Source of the DNA: a virus
Taxonomy: Duplodnaviria > Caudoviricetes
Virus record (IMG/VR): IMGVR_UViG_3300031152_000006
Coordinates: 1-24,216 of that record
DNA length: 24,216 nt
Strand: one strand, 5' to 3'
The position numbers and the translations under genes are program-made. Shown here one piece after another: positions 15,848 through 23,458 of this stretch. The first letter of the stretch is position 1, and each line of letters starts with the position of its first letter. Under the pieces are notes generated by a model that was not told the DNA's origin, searched no databases, and saw nothing but the letters and a program-made list of their open reading frames with translations.

Positions 15848-16422
15848 CAGTAGTCAACCTACGCGGTACGCACGGTGCCGGCAAGAGCACGGTGATTCAA
15901 CGCATCTTGAGGGAGTTCCCCCGTAAAGAGCTGATAGGCGAAGACGGCAAACTTTGGGGCTACTTGGTCACTTTGCCTTCGCGCGAACCGCTCGCCATCG
16001 TCGGCCCGTACCGCACCGCCTGCGGGGGTTGCGACGCCCTTCAGCCCTATAGCCGCATATGGCCGTTGGTGGACTACGCCGCCAAGCAAGCCTGGCACGT
16101 GCTCTTCGAGGGCGCGTTGGTCAGTTGCTCCTACGGTTCAATCGGCACGTCGTCTGAGGGCTACGGCGAGCGGTTCATTTTTGCCACCCTCGATACGCCT
16201 CTTGAGACTTGCATACAAAGGGTGAACCAACGTCGCGCTGCGAAAGGCAAAGGGCCCCTCGAAGATACCAAAAACATCGAGGGCAAGTTCAAGAGCGTGC
16301 TCAGTTCTCACAAGAAAGCCGAGGAACTAGGCCGGCGCGTGTTCACGGTTCGGCACTCCAAGCCTACCCTGGACGTTCTGTCTTTGTTTGGAATCAAACT
16401 GGCGAAGGAGCCAAGTGATTGA
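15844..16422 (+). CDS. P-loop nucleotide kinase of the type found in thymidine-hypermodification loci
   Basis: VNLRGTHGAGKST (Walker A), GPY..ACGGCD, VLFEG, LDTPLETCIQRV..RR; GTGA overlap. Confidence 0.85.
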   Translation: MTVVNLRGTHGAGKSTVIQRILREFPRKELIGEDGKLWGYLVTLPSREPLAIVGPYRTACGGCDALQPYSRIWPLVDYAAKQAWHVLFEGALVSCSYGSIGTSSEGYGERFIFATLDTPLETCIQRVNQRRAAKGKGPLEDTKNIEGKFKSVLSSHKKAEELGRRVFTVRHSKPTLDVLSLFGIKLAKEPSD

Positions 16423-16621
16423 ACCTTTCAAGATCATTGACACTGACAACTTCGGCGATGACTACCCGGATGAAAAGTTGATCGCCGACAACATACAGTC
16501 GTGGGCCCACGCCGACGCCATGTGCCAAGCCCTGAACGCTAAGTTCAGCGGTAAGCGGGCCCGTCGTTGCTACGAAATCAAGCCCGCTAGCTACGTCTTG
16601 CTGCCTGGATTTGAGCCATGA
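16415..16621 (+). CDS. Small phage hypothetical protein (68 aa)
   Basis: AAGGAG RBS before GTG 16415; KIIDTDNF.DDYPDE...ALN...Y.L..GFEP; ATGA overlap downstream. Confidence 0.7.
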   Translation: MIEPFKIIDTDNFGDDYPDEKLIADNIQSWAHADAMCQALNAKFSGKRARRCYEIKPASYVLLPGFEP

Positions 16622-17514
16622 GCGCGGCTTACGAACAAGGTCTGTATCGTTTTCTCGCCTACATGGGCAAACGGCACAGTATTTACTTGATGCGGCAGGA
16701 AGGCGCCGTCGCGCCTTGGACTTCAGACCCAATTCTGAAAGAATTCAGATTCTGCAACGTGTATCGCGAGCTGGACACCGTGACGATCTGGATTCGCGAC
16801 CACATTCGCGAGCCGTTCGCGAATCACCAGCACCTTTGGTTCATGCTTTGTATAGCGCGTCGCATCAACCACCCACCCACGTTGGCGGAACTTATCGCAG
16901 ACAAGAAGGCGTGGCCCGGTTCCGGGGCGTGGGATTGGGCCCGGACGGCCAAGATCCTAGACGACAGGACGGCGCGAGGCGAGCAGGTCTACACCGGCGC
17001 GTACATGATCACTGCTGAGACAGGCCCTGAGCATATCGGCAAGACCAAGTCAGTGACTACGGCCCGTAGCAATTTGTTGCCTCTTTGGCGCAAGGCGCAA
17101 GAGATAGAACCGCAGCTGCACGGCACCTTGCAGGAAGCCTACGAAGCCATCCTGGGGCAGGGATTTGCTTGGGGCCCTTTCATGACGTACGAAGTCGTGA
17201 GCGACCTGCGCCACACCCGCTACCTCAAGAACGCCAAGGACATCAGTACGTGGGCCAACGCAGGTCCCGGCGCGTTGCGCGGTCTGAACCGCTTGCACGG
17301 CCGCCCCGTCAAGAGCGGCTTGACCGAATCCATGGCGTTGAGCGAAATGCGACAGTTGCTGAATGACGTAGTCAAGCAATGGCCGAGGGCTTCGAAGAAA
17401 TACCCGCGCTTGGAAATGCGCGAGATTGAACACACACTCTGCGAATTCGACAAGTATGAAAGAGTGCGCCTCGGGGAGGGGCGCCCGCGTTCCAAGTACC
17501 ACCCCGCCGTCTGA
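16618..17514 (+). CDS. aGPT-Pplase1 / helical 5-hmdU DNA kinase-family protein
   Basis: RHSIY..R..G...PWTSDPIL..FRFCNVYRELD..T.W, VYTGAYMI, GPFM.YEV.SDL, NAGPGA.RGLNRL, IEHTLCEFDKY.R. Confidence 0.88.
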   Translation: MSAAYEQGLYRFLAYMGKRHSIYLMRQEGAVAPWTSDPILKEFRFCNVYRELDTVTIWIRDHIREPFANHQHLWFMLCIARRINHPPTLAELIADKKAWPGSGAWDWARTAKILDDRTARGEQVYTGAYMITAETGPEHIGKTKSVTTARSNLLPLWRKAQEIEPQLHGTLQEAYEAILGQGFAWGPFMTYEVVSDLRHTRYLKNAKDISTWANAGPGALRGLNRLHGRPVKSGLTESMALSEMRQLLNDVVKQWPRASKKYPRLEMREIEHTLCEFDKYERVRLGEGRPRSKYHPAV

Positions 17515-17528
17515 GGATCAACCCGACT

Positions 17529-18611
17529 ATGTACACTATCACCGCATCGGCTCCCGACTTCGCCTTGGAGGCGGGTCTTTGGTATTTGAAGACCTCTGGC
17601 GTCGTCTGCGAAAGCCGCAACGGACGAGTCCTTCGCGCCCCCGGTCCTGTCTGCACCGTATGGGCGGACCCGCGGCAGCGCGTGTCCTTCTCTCCGCTGC
17701 GCGACGCCAATCCGTTCTTTCACCTCTTCGAAGCCATCTGGATGCTGGCTGGTCGCAACGACGCTGCGTCTTTGCTCCCGTACAATTCTCACATGGCGAC
17801 GTTCGCTGAAGGCGGCCAGTTCTGGGGTGCGTACGGCAATCGCTGGCGCAAGTTCTTCGGCTTCGACCAGCTCACGCACATAATCGAACGGCTGAAGGTC
17901 AATCCGTCCGATCGTCGCTTGGTGCTGTCCATGTGGGCGCCGAACGGGGACCTGATTCCGGCTGGCGGTCTGCGAGGCGGCGCCAGTAGTAAGGACGTAC
18001 CGTGCAATACCGCCGTCTACTTCGATGCGTCTCTGGGCAAGCTGGACATGACAGTGACGAATCGCTCCAACGATATCGTCTGGGGCGCGTACGGCGCCAA
18101 CGTCGTCCATATGAGCTTCCTCCATGAGTTCGTTGCGGCCGCCGCTGGCGTCCCTCTCGGGACTTACTACCAATTCAGTAACAACTACCACGCTTACATT
18201 GACCGCCCCGACGTGCAGAAGTTGATCGACACACAGCGGGATCGCTCTTCATGGTCCGTCAACTTCCAACCAGGCAACCGTCTGCGTACGAGTAGTCACA
18301 CGTTGATGGGACAGGGCGAAGACTATGTCAGCTTTTTGGTTGACGCTGAGACCTTCCTGGAAGCTGATGAAGACTGGGCGCCGGCCACGGCGTTCTTTCG
18401 GTCCGTTGCGGTCCCGCTGAAACAGGCCCACGCAGCGTGGCGGGAAGGCGATTACGGCGGCGCTCTCTCCAGGTGTAGGGATTGCCAGTCAGAAGATTGG
18501 CGCTACGCAGCCGTCGAGTGGTTGTGCCGCCGTCTTCGCGCTCGGGGCGCGAAGGGCGACGAGGCTGCGACCCAGGCCGTGTCGCAAATCCCCAACGTCT
18601 TTGGAGGCTGA
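17529..18611 (+). CDS. Thymidylate synthase homolog, probable dUMP hydroxymethylase
   Basis: ESRNG, ANPFFHLFEAIWMLAGRND, GAYG.R, SDRRLVL.MW, catalytic DVPCN, NRSNDIVWGAYGAN (Asn at the uracil-specificity position, not the Asp of dCMP enzymes), NNYHAY. The hydroxymethylase call rests on the gene neighbourhood. Confidence 0.87.
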   Translation: MYTITASAPDFALEAGLWYLKTSGVVCESRNGRVLRAPGPVCTVWADPRQRVSFSPLRDANPFFHLFEAIWMLAGRNDAASLLPYNSHMATFAEGGQFWGAYGNRWRKFFGFDQLTHIIERLKVNPSDRRLVLSMWAPNGDLIPAGGLRGGASSKDVPCNTAVYFDASLGKLDMTVTNRSNDIVWGAYGANVVHMSFLHEFVAAAAGVPLGTYYQFSNNYHAYIDRPDVQKLIDTQRDRSSWSVNFQPGNRLRTSSHTLMGQGEDYVSFLVDAETFLEADEDWAPATAFFRSVAVPLKQAHAAWREGDYGGALSRCRDCQSEDWRYAAVEWLCRRLRARGAKGDEAATQAVSQIPNVFGG

Positions 18612-18612
18612 C

Positions 18613-19197
18613 GTGGTAGATGTAGATTCAAACAATCGTAAGGCGCGGTCGCTGAGTCCTGCGGACGAGCGTTTCCTGGACGCGGTGGTGCGGTCAGGCC
18701 GCGTCAAGCGGTGGCACAACCGCAGTACGCTGCACACGCAAACCGTGGGCGAGCACACTTACAACGTCCTGTGGATCTTGATTCACATTACAGACAACAA
18801 AGTGTCTCCTGACTTGTTGCGCGCAGCGCTGGCGCACGACATGCCGGAGTACGCTACAGGCGACGTTCCGAAGCATGTCAAAGACCTGCCGGGCGTTCGC
18901 CAAGCCCTGGAGGCACAAGAGCGGGTTGTATTCGAGCAACTAGGGCTGTCGTCTTTTCAAGAATCTAATCTGACCGGAACTGACCAGATTCTGCTTAAAT
19001 GGGCGGATGGCCTGGACGGCGCTCTGTTTTGCGCGTGGGAGCTGAAAATGGGCAACAAGTTGCTCCGCAATCCGTTTGAAAATTACCTGGGCTATCTGAG
19101 CGTTCTCAAAATGAAGGGCGGCTTGGACCTGCCCAAGGCGTTCGCTATCTTGGCGCATCTTGACGAGGTTTGGCATGACGAATTCAACCCCTTCTGA
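18613..19197 (+). CDS. HD-domain 5'-deoxynucleotidase (YfbR-like)
   Basis: VKRWH, QTVGEH, LAHDMPEYATGDVP, KWAD.LD; GGAGG 5 nt before GTG 18613. Confidence 0.85.
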   Translation: MVDVDSNNRKARSLSPADERFLDAVVRSGRVKRWHNRSTLHTQTVGEHTYNVLWILIHITDNKVSPDLLRAALAHDMPEYATGDVPKHVKDLPGVRQALEAQERVVFEQLGLSSFQESNLTGTDQILLKWADGLDGALFCAWELKMGNKLLRNPFENYLGYLSVLKMKGGLDLPKAFAILAHLDEVWHDEFNPF

Positions 19198-19597
19198 CCC
19201 CTCCAACTCCTACCAGGTAGGTGGGACCCACTACCAGTCGGCACTGCAGCACTGGGACTTTGTGGCTGCGTACGGCCTGGACTACTTTCAGGGGGTAGCC
19301 ACGAAGTACATCACACGTTGGCGCAACAAGAACGGCTTGGAAGATCTCAAGAAAGCCCAGCACTACTTGCGCAAGCGTATCGAACTGACAACGGTCTTGC
19401 CCATGTACATTCGGACGCACTTCGAACCGCAACCGAGCACGTCAATAGCCGAGTTCTGCAAGGCCAACTGTCTGGGACTGAACGAGACGGACTTGGTGGC
19501 CCTCATTACCGAAGGCCAGTTGCATAAGGCTTTGGAGCAGCTCACAGCGTTCATAGCCTACGTAGAGCGCCAGGCTGCCAAAGGAGGCGCGCAATGA
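19175..19597 (+). CDS. DUF3310 (SaV / T7 gp1.7-like) protein, possible nucleotide kinase
   Basis: QVGGTHY, G.A.KYI.RWR.KNGLEDLKKA.HYL; GAGG before ATG 19175. Confidence 0.85.
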   Translation: MTNSTPSDPSNSYQVGGTHYQSALQHWDFVAAYGLDYFQGVATKYITRWRNKNGLEDLKKAQHYLRKRIELTTVLPMYIRTHFEPQPSTSIAEFCKANCLGLNETDLVALITEGQLHKALEQLTAFIAYVERQAAKGGAQ

Positions 19598-20223
19598 CTT
19601 ACGACGTTTCAGTACTCAACGTGGCGGTAGTTGGAGGCGCTGGGGCGCTGGGGCGTGAGCTGATTTCTTGGATCCGCGGGGAGAGGGTGAATGTGATTGT
19701 GGTTGACGATTCTGTCGCGGGCGCAGGGGTGGAGGAGTTCGCCCGCCGCGATTTGAGCCGTATGAATTTACACCGCGCGCTCGTGGCTGTAGCGGACCCT
19801 GTTGTGCGAAAGCGCCTTCGTACTCTGCTGAATGATTGCGCGCCAGGCGATATTTGGGCTTCGTCTGTGGGTCCGCATGCTGTCGTACACAGCCAGCTTG
19901 GGCAAGGCGCCATCGTTGCGCCGTTCGCCTTGGTCTCGGTCAACGTCAAGTCCGGGCGCCACCTGATCGTCAACACCCACAGCGCCATCGGGCACGACGT
20001 CATCCTGGGCGACTACGTGACGATAGCCGGCCACGTCACCATCTGCGGCCGCGCCTCTATCGGCGATGGGGTTCAGATCGGCGCGGGGGCCGTCATTCTG
20101 CCGGGGGTTCAGATCGGCGCGGGGGCCGTCGTGGGCGCGGGGGCCGTGGTCACTTCGGACGTTCCGGCAGACGTAACGGTGTTCGGCAATCCCGCGGTCA
20201 GAGTGGGAGTACGTCGTGTCTAA
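19594..20223 (+). CDS. PglD/NeuD-type sugar acetyltransferase (left-handed beta-helix)
   Basis: N-terminal VVGGAGALGREL, VAVADP.VRK, SAIGHD (catalytic His position), hexapeptide repeats IGDGVQIGAGAVILPGVQIGAGAVVGAGAVV, VFGNPA; AAGGAGG RBS, ATGA overlap. Confidence 0.9.
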   Translation: MTYDVSVLNVAVVGGAGALGRELISWIRGERVNVIVVDDSVAGAGVEEFARRDLSRMNLHRALVAVADPVVRKRLRTLLNDCAPGDIWASSVGPHAVVHSQLGQGAIVAPFALVSVNVKSGRHLIVNTHSAIGHDVILGDYVTIAGHVTICGRASIGDGVQIGAGAVILPGVQIGAGAVVGAGAVVTSDVPADVTVFGNPAVRVGVRRV

Positions 20224-21127
20224 GCCGGCAGCGGGTTGGCTTCCCGTTTGCCACGTGTCCGAGGTGGCAGAAGTGGGCCAGTACGTGGTTCTGCCATGGG
20301 GGCCGGATGGGGGCGAGATAGCCGTTAGCCGGATGGGGCCGGTTCGATTCGACGGCTTGGTGGCGTGGGACAACCGTTGCCCCCACCGCGGGCGCAAGAT
20401 TCTACCTGCGGCTTGCGGTCGTTCTGACCACGTGTGCGCGTATCACGGTCGGACGGCCCACGCTGGAAACGTTCGACACCACCCCCTGGACGTCCATTGC
20501 GATTTTGTATGGGTCAGCGTAGCAGGCGGGGCTACGGGGTGGCAGCCGGGTTGCGGCATTCTGCCCTGGTCTTCCGGCTCACCCAGGACGTGGAGCCTGC
20601 ACAGCGAATTGAGGTTAGTCATGGACTGCGATTGGACTGTGGCTGTAGAGAACGCCTTGGACGCAGAGCACATAAACTCGGTACACGCCGATAGTCTGGC
20701 CCAACTCGGCCTTGCACCTGAAGCGCTGAACCGTTTGCCGGGAGGGTCTTCGTGCGAAGTGTTTACGTCCGCCAAGTCGGCTGAACTAGACCGACTTGGG
20801 CGCGCTTTGGACTTCGGCAGGTCGGTGTCTGGCGACTACCTTCATTTGCACTTGGCGCCTTTCTCCTGCTTCAGTTCCACGCGCGGTTACGCCCTGAACT
20901 TCCAACAATACTTCCCTGCCAAGGATGGAAAGACCCTGTTCATTCACAAACTGTACGGCGATCTGACCGCCAAGCCCGCGGCGCGGCGCGCCTATCTTGA
21001 CAAGGTGGCGGCCATGAACAAGATGGTCTTCGAAGAAGATGCAGACATTTGTCAAGGGGTGCCTGCAGGGTACGGCAAACTGGGCCCGTCGGATCTGCGC
21101 ATACAACATTTTAGGAGTTCGCTGTGA
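20216..21127 (+). CDS. Rieske non-heme iron oxygenase alpha subunit (compact)
   Basis: Rieske ligands CPH-x16-CAYH; mononuclear Fe motif ENALDAEHINSVH; C-terminal VFEED. Confidence 0.87.
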   Translation: MSKPAAGWLPVCHVSEVAEVGQYVVLPWGPDGGEIAVSRMGPVRFDGLVAWDNRCPHRGRKILPAACGRSDHVCAYHGRTAHAGNVRHHPLDVHCDFVWVSVAGGATGWQPGCGILPWSSGSPRTWSLHSELRLVMDCDWTVAVENALDAEHINSVHADSLAQLGLAPEALNRLPGGSSCEVFTSAKSAELDRLGRALDFGRSVSGDYLHLHLAPFSCFSSTRGYALNFQQYFPAKDGKTLFIHKLYGDLTAKPAARRAYLDKVAAMNKMVFEEDADICQGVPAGYGKLGPSDLRIQHFRSSL

Positions 21128-21444
21128 AAGAAGATCCAATCATTTTGGGCTGCTCTGCCAGCACATTCAACAACGGAGCTGTATTGCATCGTAAGGGCGA
21201 AGTGTTTTTGGTCAGTAAGTCCACCGCCAGTAAGTTGCTTGGATCGTCCCCCGCGTACTGCAACCTGACGCCCTCAGAGGTGTGCAAGGCTTTGCCCGAC
21301 GGCCCCTTCTTGCCGACGGCTGTCACTACTGTCAGCCAAGGTCCTTGCCATGAATGCGCCGATCCTGACACTTTGTATCTAGGTCAGCGCTTGACGGACT
21401 GTAGTCGTTGCGGAGGCACGAAGGTTGTGCTGAAGTTGCTATGA
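21124..21444 (+). CDS. Small protein with C-terminal CxxC-x14-CxxC metal-binding motif
   Basis: CHEC...CSRCGG; AGGAG RBS; GTGA and ATGA overlaps. Confidence 0.65.
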   Translation: MKEDPIILGCSASTFNNGAVLHRKGEVFLVSKSTASKLLGSSPAYCNLTPSEVCKALPDGPFLPTAVTTVSQGPCHECADPDTLYLGQRLTDCSRCGGTKVVLKLL

Positions 21445-22490
21445 TCAAAGTGCTCGTGCCTTACATGCCTACGGCTGACCAACTGGTGCCGTATCTACGC
21501 GAAATGGACGAGTCTAAGGTGTACACCAATAACGGGCCGTTGGCTCGCCGTTTGGAAGCTCAGCTCAGTACGCAGTTGCAAATACCTTGTGTCTCCGTAG
21601 CCAACGCCACGTTAGGTTTGGAACTTGCGTTGAAGGCCTTGCCTGGTAAAGACCGCTGGGTTGTTCCTACGTCCGCTCTGACGTTCCGAGCCACCCAGTG
21701 CGCCATCGTAAACGCGGGTCTGGCGCCTGCGTATGTTGACGTGGCCCCGGACAGTTGGAGCCTGCACCCAAATGCCGTGGCGGGCAGCATTGCAGCCGCT
21801 GAGTACGCAGTCAAAGCGGTAGTGCCCGTGGCCGCTTACGGCAGGCCGCTTGTAGACCCGTCTTGGAACCGCTTCGCAGAAAAGACCGGCCTTCCCGTAG
21901 TGATTGACGCAGCCGGCTGCTTGCCAGCCTACCTGGACGGCGGTCTGTCTGATAGTTATTGCGGCCGCCTGGCCGTCGTGTTCAGCTTGCACGCCACGAA
22001 GGGGGTGGGGGCGGGCGAAGGCGGAATTGTCTGCTCGCACGACAAAGACTTGATTTCCAAGGTACGCGGGACAATCAACTTTCAAGGGTACGGAGCTACC
22101 AACGGAAAGTTGTCCGAGTACCACGCGGCCGTAGCTCTGGCGTCGTTGACGGTGGGCTTTCGTAAGGAGCGGGCCCTCAAGATGAACCAGGTAGTGCGGT
22201 GGTACCAACTGAATTGGCCGTCTTCTCTGTCAGACCGCTTCTTTGGATCGTCACTGCTGGTAGCCAAGTTGCCCGCTCGTGTAAGGTTTCAAGACGTGAC
22301 AGAAGCGGCGTTGAATCGCGGCGTTGAGCTTCGCCAGTGGTACAGCCCATTTTACGACGAGGCAGCTTTGGAGCAGCTGCCCGTCGCCCGCGAGCTTCGC
22401 AATCGGCTCATAGGCTTGCCGTACCACGCTCATCTCAGCGAAGACGACGTGGCTCATGTTTGTGACACCATGAAGGAGGTGCTAAAATGA
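21441..22490 (+). CDS. DegT/DnrJ/EryC1/StrS PLP-dependent sugar aminotransferase (VioA-like)
   Basis: YTNNGP, ANATLGL, TF.AT, VIDAA (PLP Asp), FSLHATK..GAGEGG (PLP Lys), NGKLSEYHAA, LP...LS..DV; ATGA overlap gives start 21441. Confidence 0.92.
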   Translation: MIKVLVPYMPTADQLVPYLREMDESKVYTNNGPLARRLEAQLSTQLQIPCVSVANATLGLELALKALPGKDRWVVPTSALTFRATQCAIVNAGLAPAYVDVAPDSWSLHPNAVAGSIAAAEYAVKAVVPVAAYGRPLVDPSWNRFAEKTGLPVVIDAAGCLPAYLDGGLSDSYCGRLAVVFSLHATKGVGAGEGGIVCSHDKDLISKVRGTINFQGYGATNGKLSEYHAAVALASLTVGFRKERALKMNQVVRWYQLNWPSSLSDRFFGSSLLVAKLPARVRFQDVTEAALNRGVELRQWYSPFYDEAALEQLPVARELRNRLIGLPYHAHLSEDDVAHVCDTMKEVLK

Positions 22491-23458
22491 GGATTTTGGT
22501 TACAGGGGGCGCCGGCTTCATCGGCTCTCACTTCGTCTATCTAGCCCACGAGGCCGGACACGAGGTGTTCGTACTGGACGCCTTGACGTATGCTGGCAGC
22601 CGAGCGAACGTAGACATGGGCGCTTGCCAGCGGTTCTACCGGGGGCGGGTAGAGCGCGCGGGGGACGTGGCTAAGTGCCTCGCGGACTCCAAGCCTGACG
22701 CGGTGGTGCACTTGGCGGCCGAGACGCACGTGACGCGATCCATTCGCTCTCCCCGCGCCTTCATGCAAACCAACGCGCTGGGGACGTATGTACTGTTGGA
22801 TCAGTGCACGCGCTACCGGGACGAGTCGGCCCCCCGTCTGCGCGTGATCAACGTGTCCACAGACGAGGTGTACGGCTCTCTGACCCCGTCAGAGCTGCCT
22901 TGGACGTCTCAAGCGCCGCACCGCCCCAACAACCCGTACGCAGCAAGCAAGGCCGCTGCGGACCACTTGGCCGGATCGTACGCCCACACTTATGAATTGG
23001 ACGTGATTACTACGCACAGCTCTAACAACTACGGTCCGAGGCAACACCCCGAGAAGCTCATACCGGCGCTTATCGACAGGGCGCGCCGCGGCTTATCGAT
23101 GCAAATTCACGGGGACGGCTCTCACGTCAGAGACTGGCTGCACGTAGATGACCATTGTTCTGGTCTTTTGTCGGTGTTGACGGCCCCAAGCTTGCGCCGC
23201 GGCTCCACGGTCAATTTCAGCGGCCAGTGCGAGCGTACCAACCTTCAAGTGGCCGCGTTGGTAGCCGAGAGCTTGTCGCTTAGCGCGCGCGTAGAGCTTG
23301 TGGCGGACAGGCCGGGTAACGACAAGCGTTACGCTATGACCAACGACGCGTCAGAGGTTTTGGGGTGGAAGCCGCGCAGCACGTTAGAAGACGGCATCAA
23401 AGAAACTGTGAATTGGTACATGGACAACGAAGGATACGAAGCCCATTATGGCAAATGA
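22487..23458 (+). CDS. rmlB: dTDP-glucose 4,6-dehydratase (RmlB/RffG-like)
   Basis: GGAGFIGS, DALTYAG, HLAAETHV.RSI, STDEVYG, YAASK, SNNYGPRQHPEKLIP, RDWLHV.DH, DRPG.D.RY; AAGGAGG RBS. Confidence 0.94.
   Translation: MRILVTGGAGFIGSHFVYLAHEAGHEVFVLDALTYAGSRANVDMGACQRFYRGRVERAGDVAKCLADSKPDAVVHLAAETHVTRSIRSPRAFMQTNALGTYVLLDQCTRYRDESAPRLRVINVSTDEVYGSLTPSELPWTSQAPHRPNNPYAASKAAADHLAGSYAHTYELDVITTHSSNNYGPRQHPEKLIPALIDRARRGLSMQIHGDGSHVRDWLHVDDHCSGLLSVLTAPSLRRGSTVNFSGQCERTNLQVAALVAESLSLSARVELVADRPGNDKRYAMTNDASEVLGWKPRSTLEDGIKETVNWYMDNEGYEAHYGK

Noticed and set aside
17529-18611. dCMP hydroxymethylase with T4-like glucosylated hmC
   Set aside because: The specificity residue is Asn (uracil-type), and the neighbours belong to hmdU-pathway families.
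20068-20130. 27-bp direct repeat (20068-20094 and 20104-20130)
   Set aside because: It is explained by hexapeptide beta-helix repeats (GVQIGAGAV) in the acetyltransferase.
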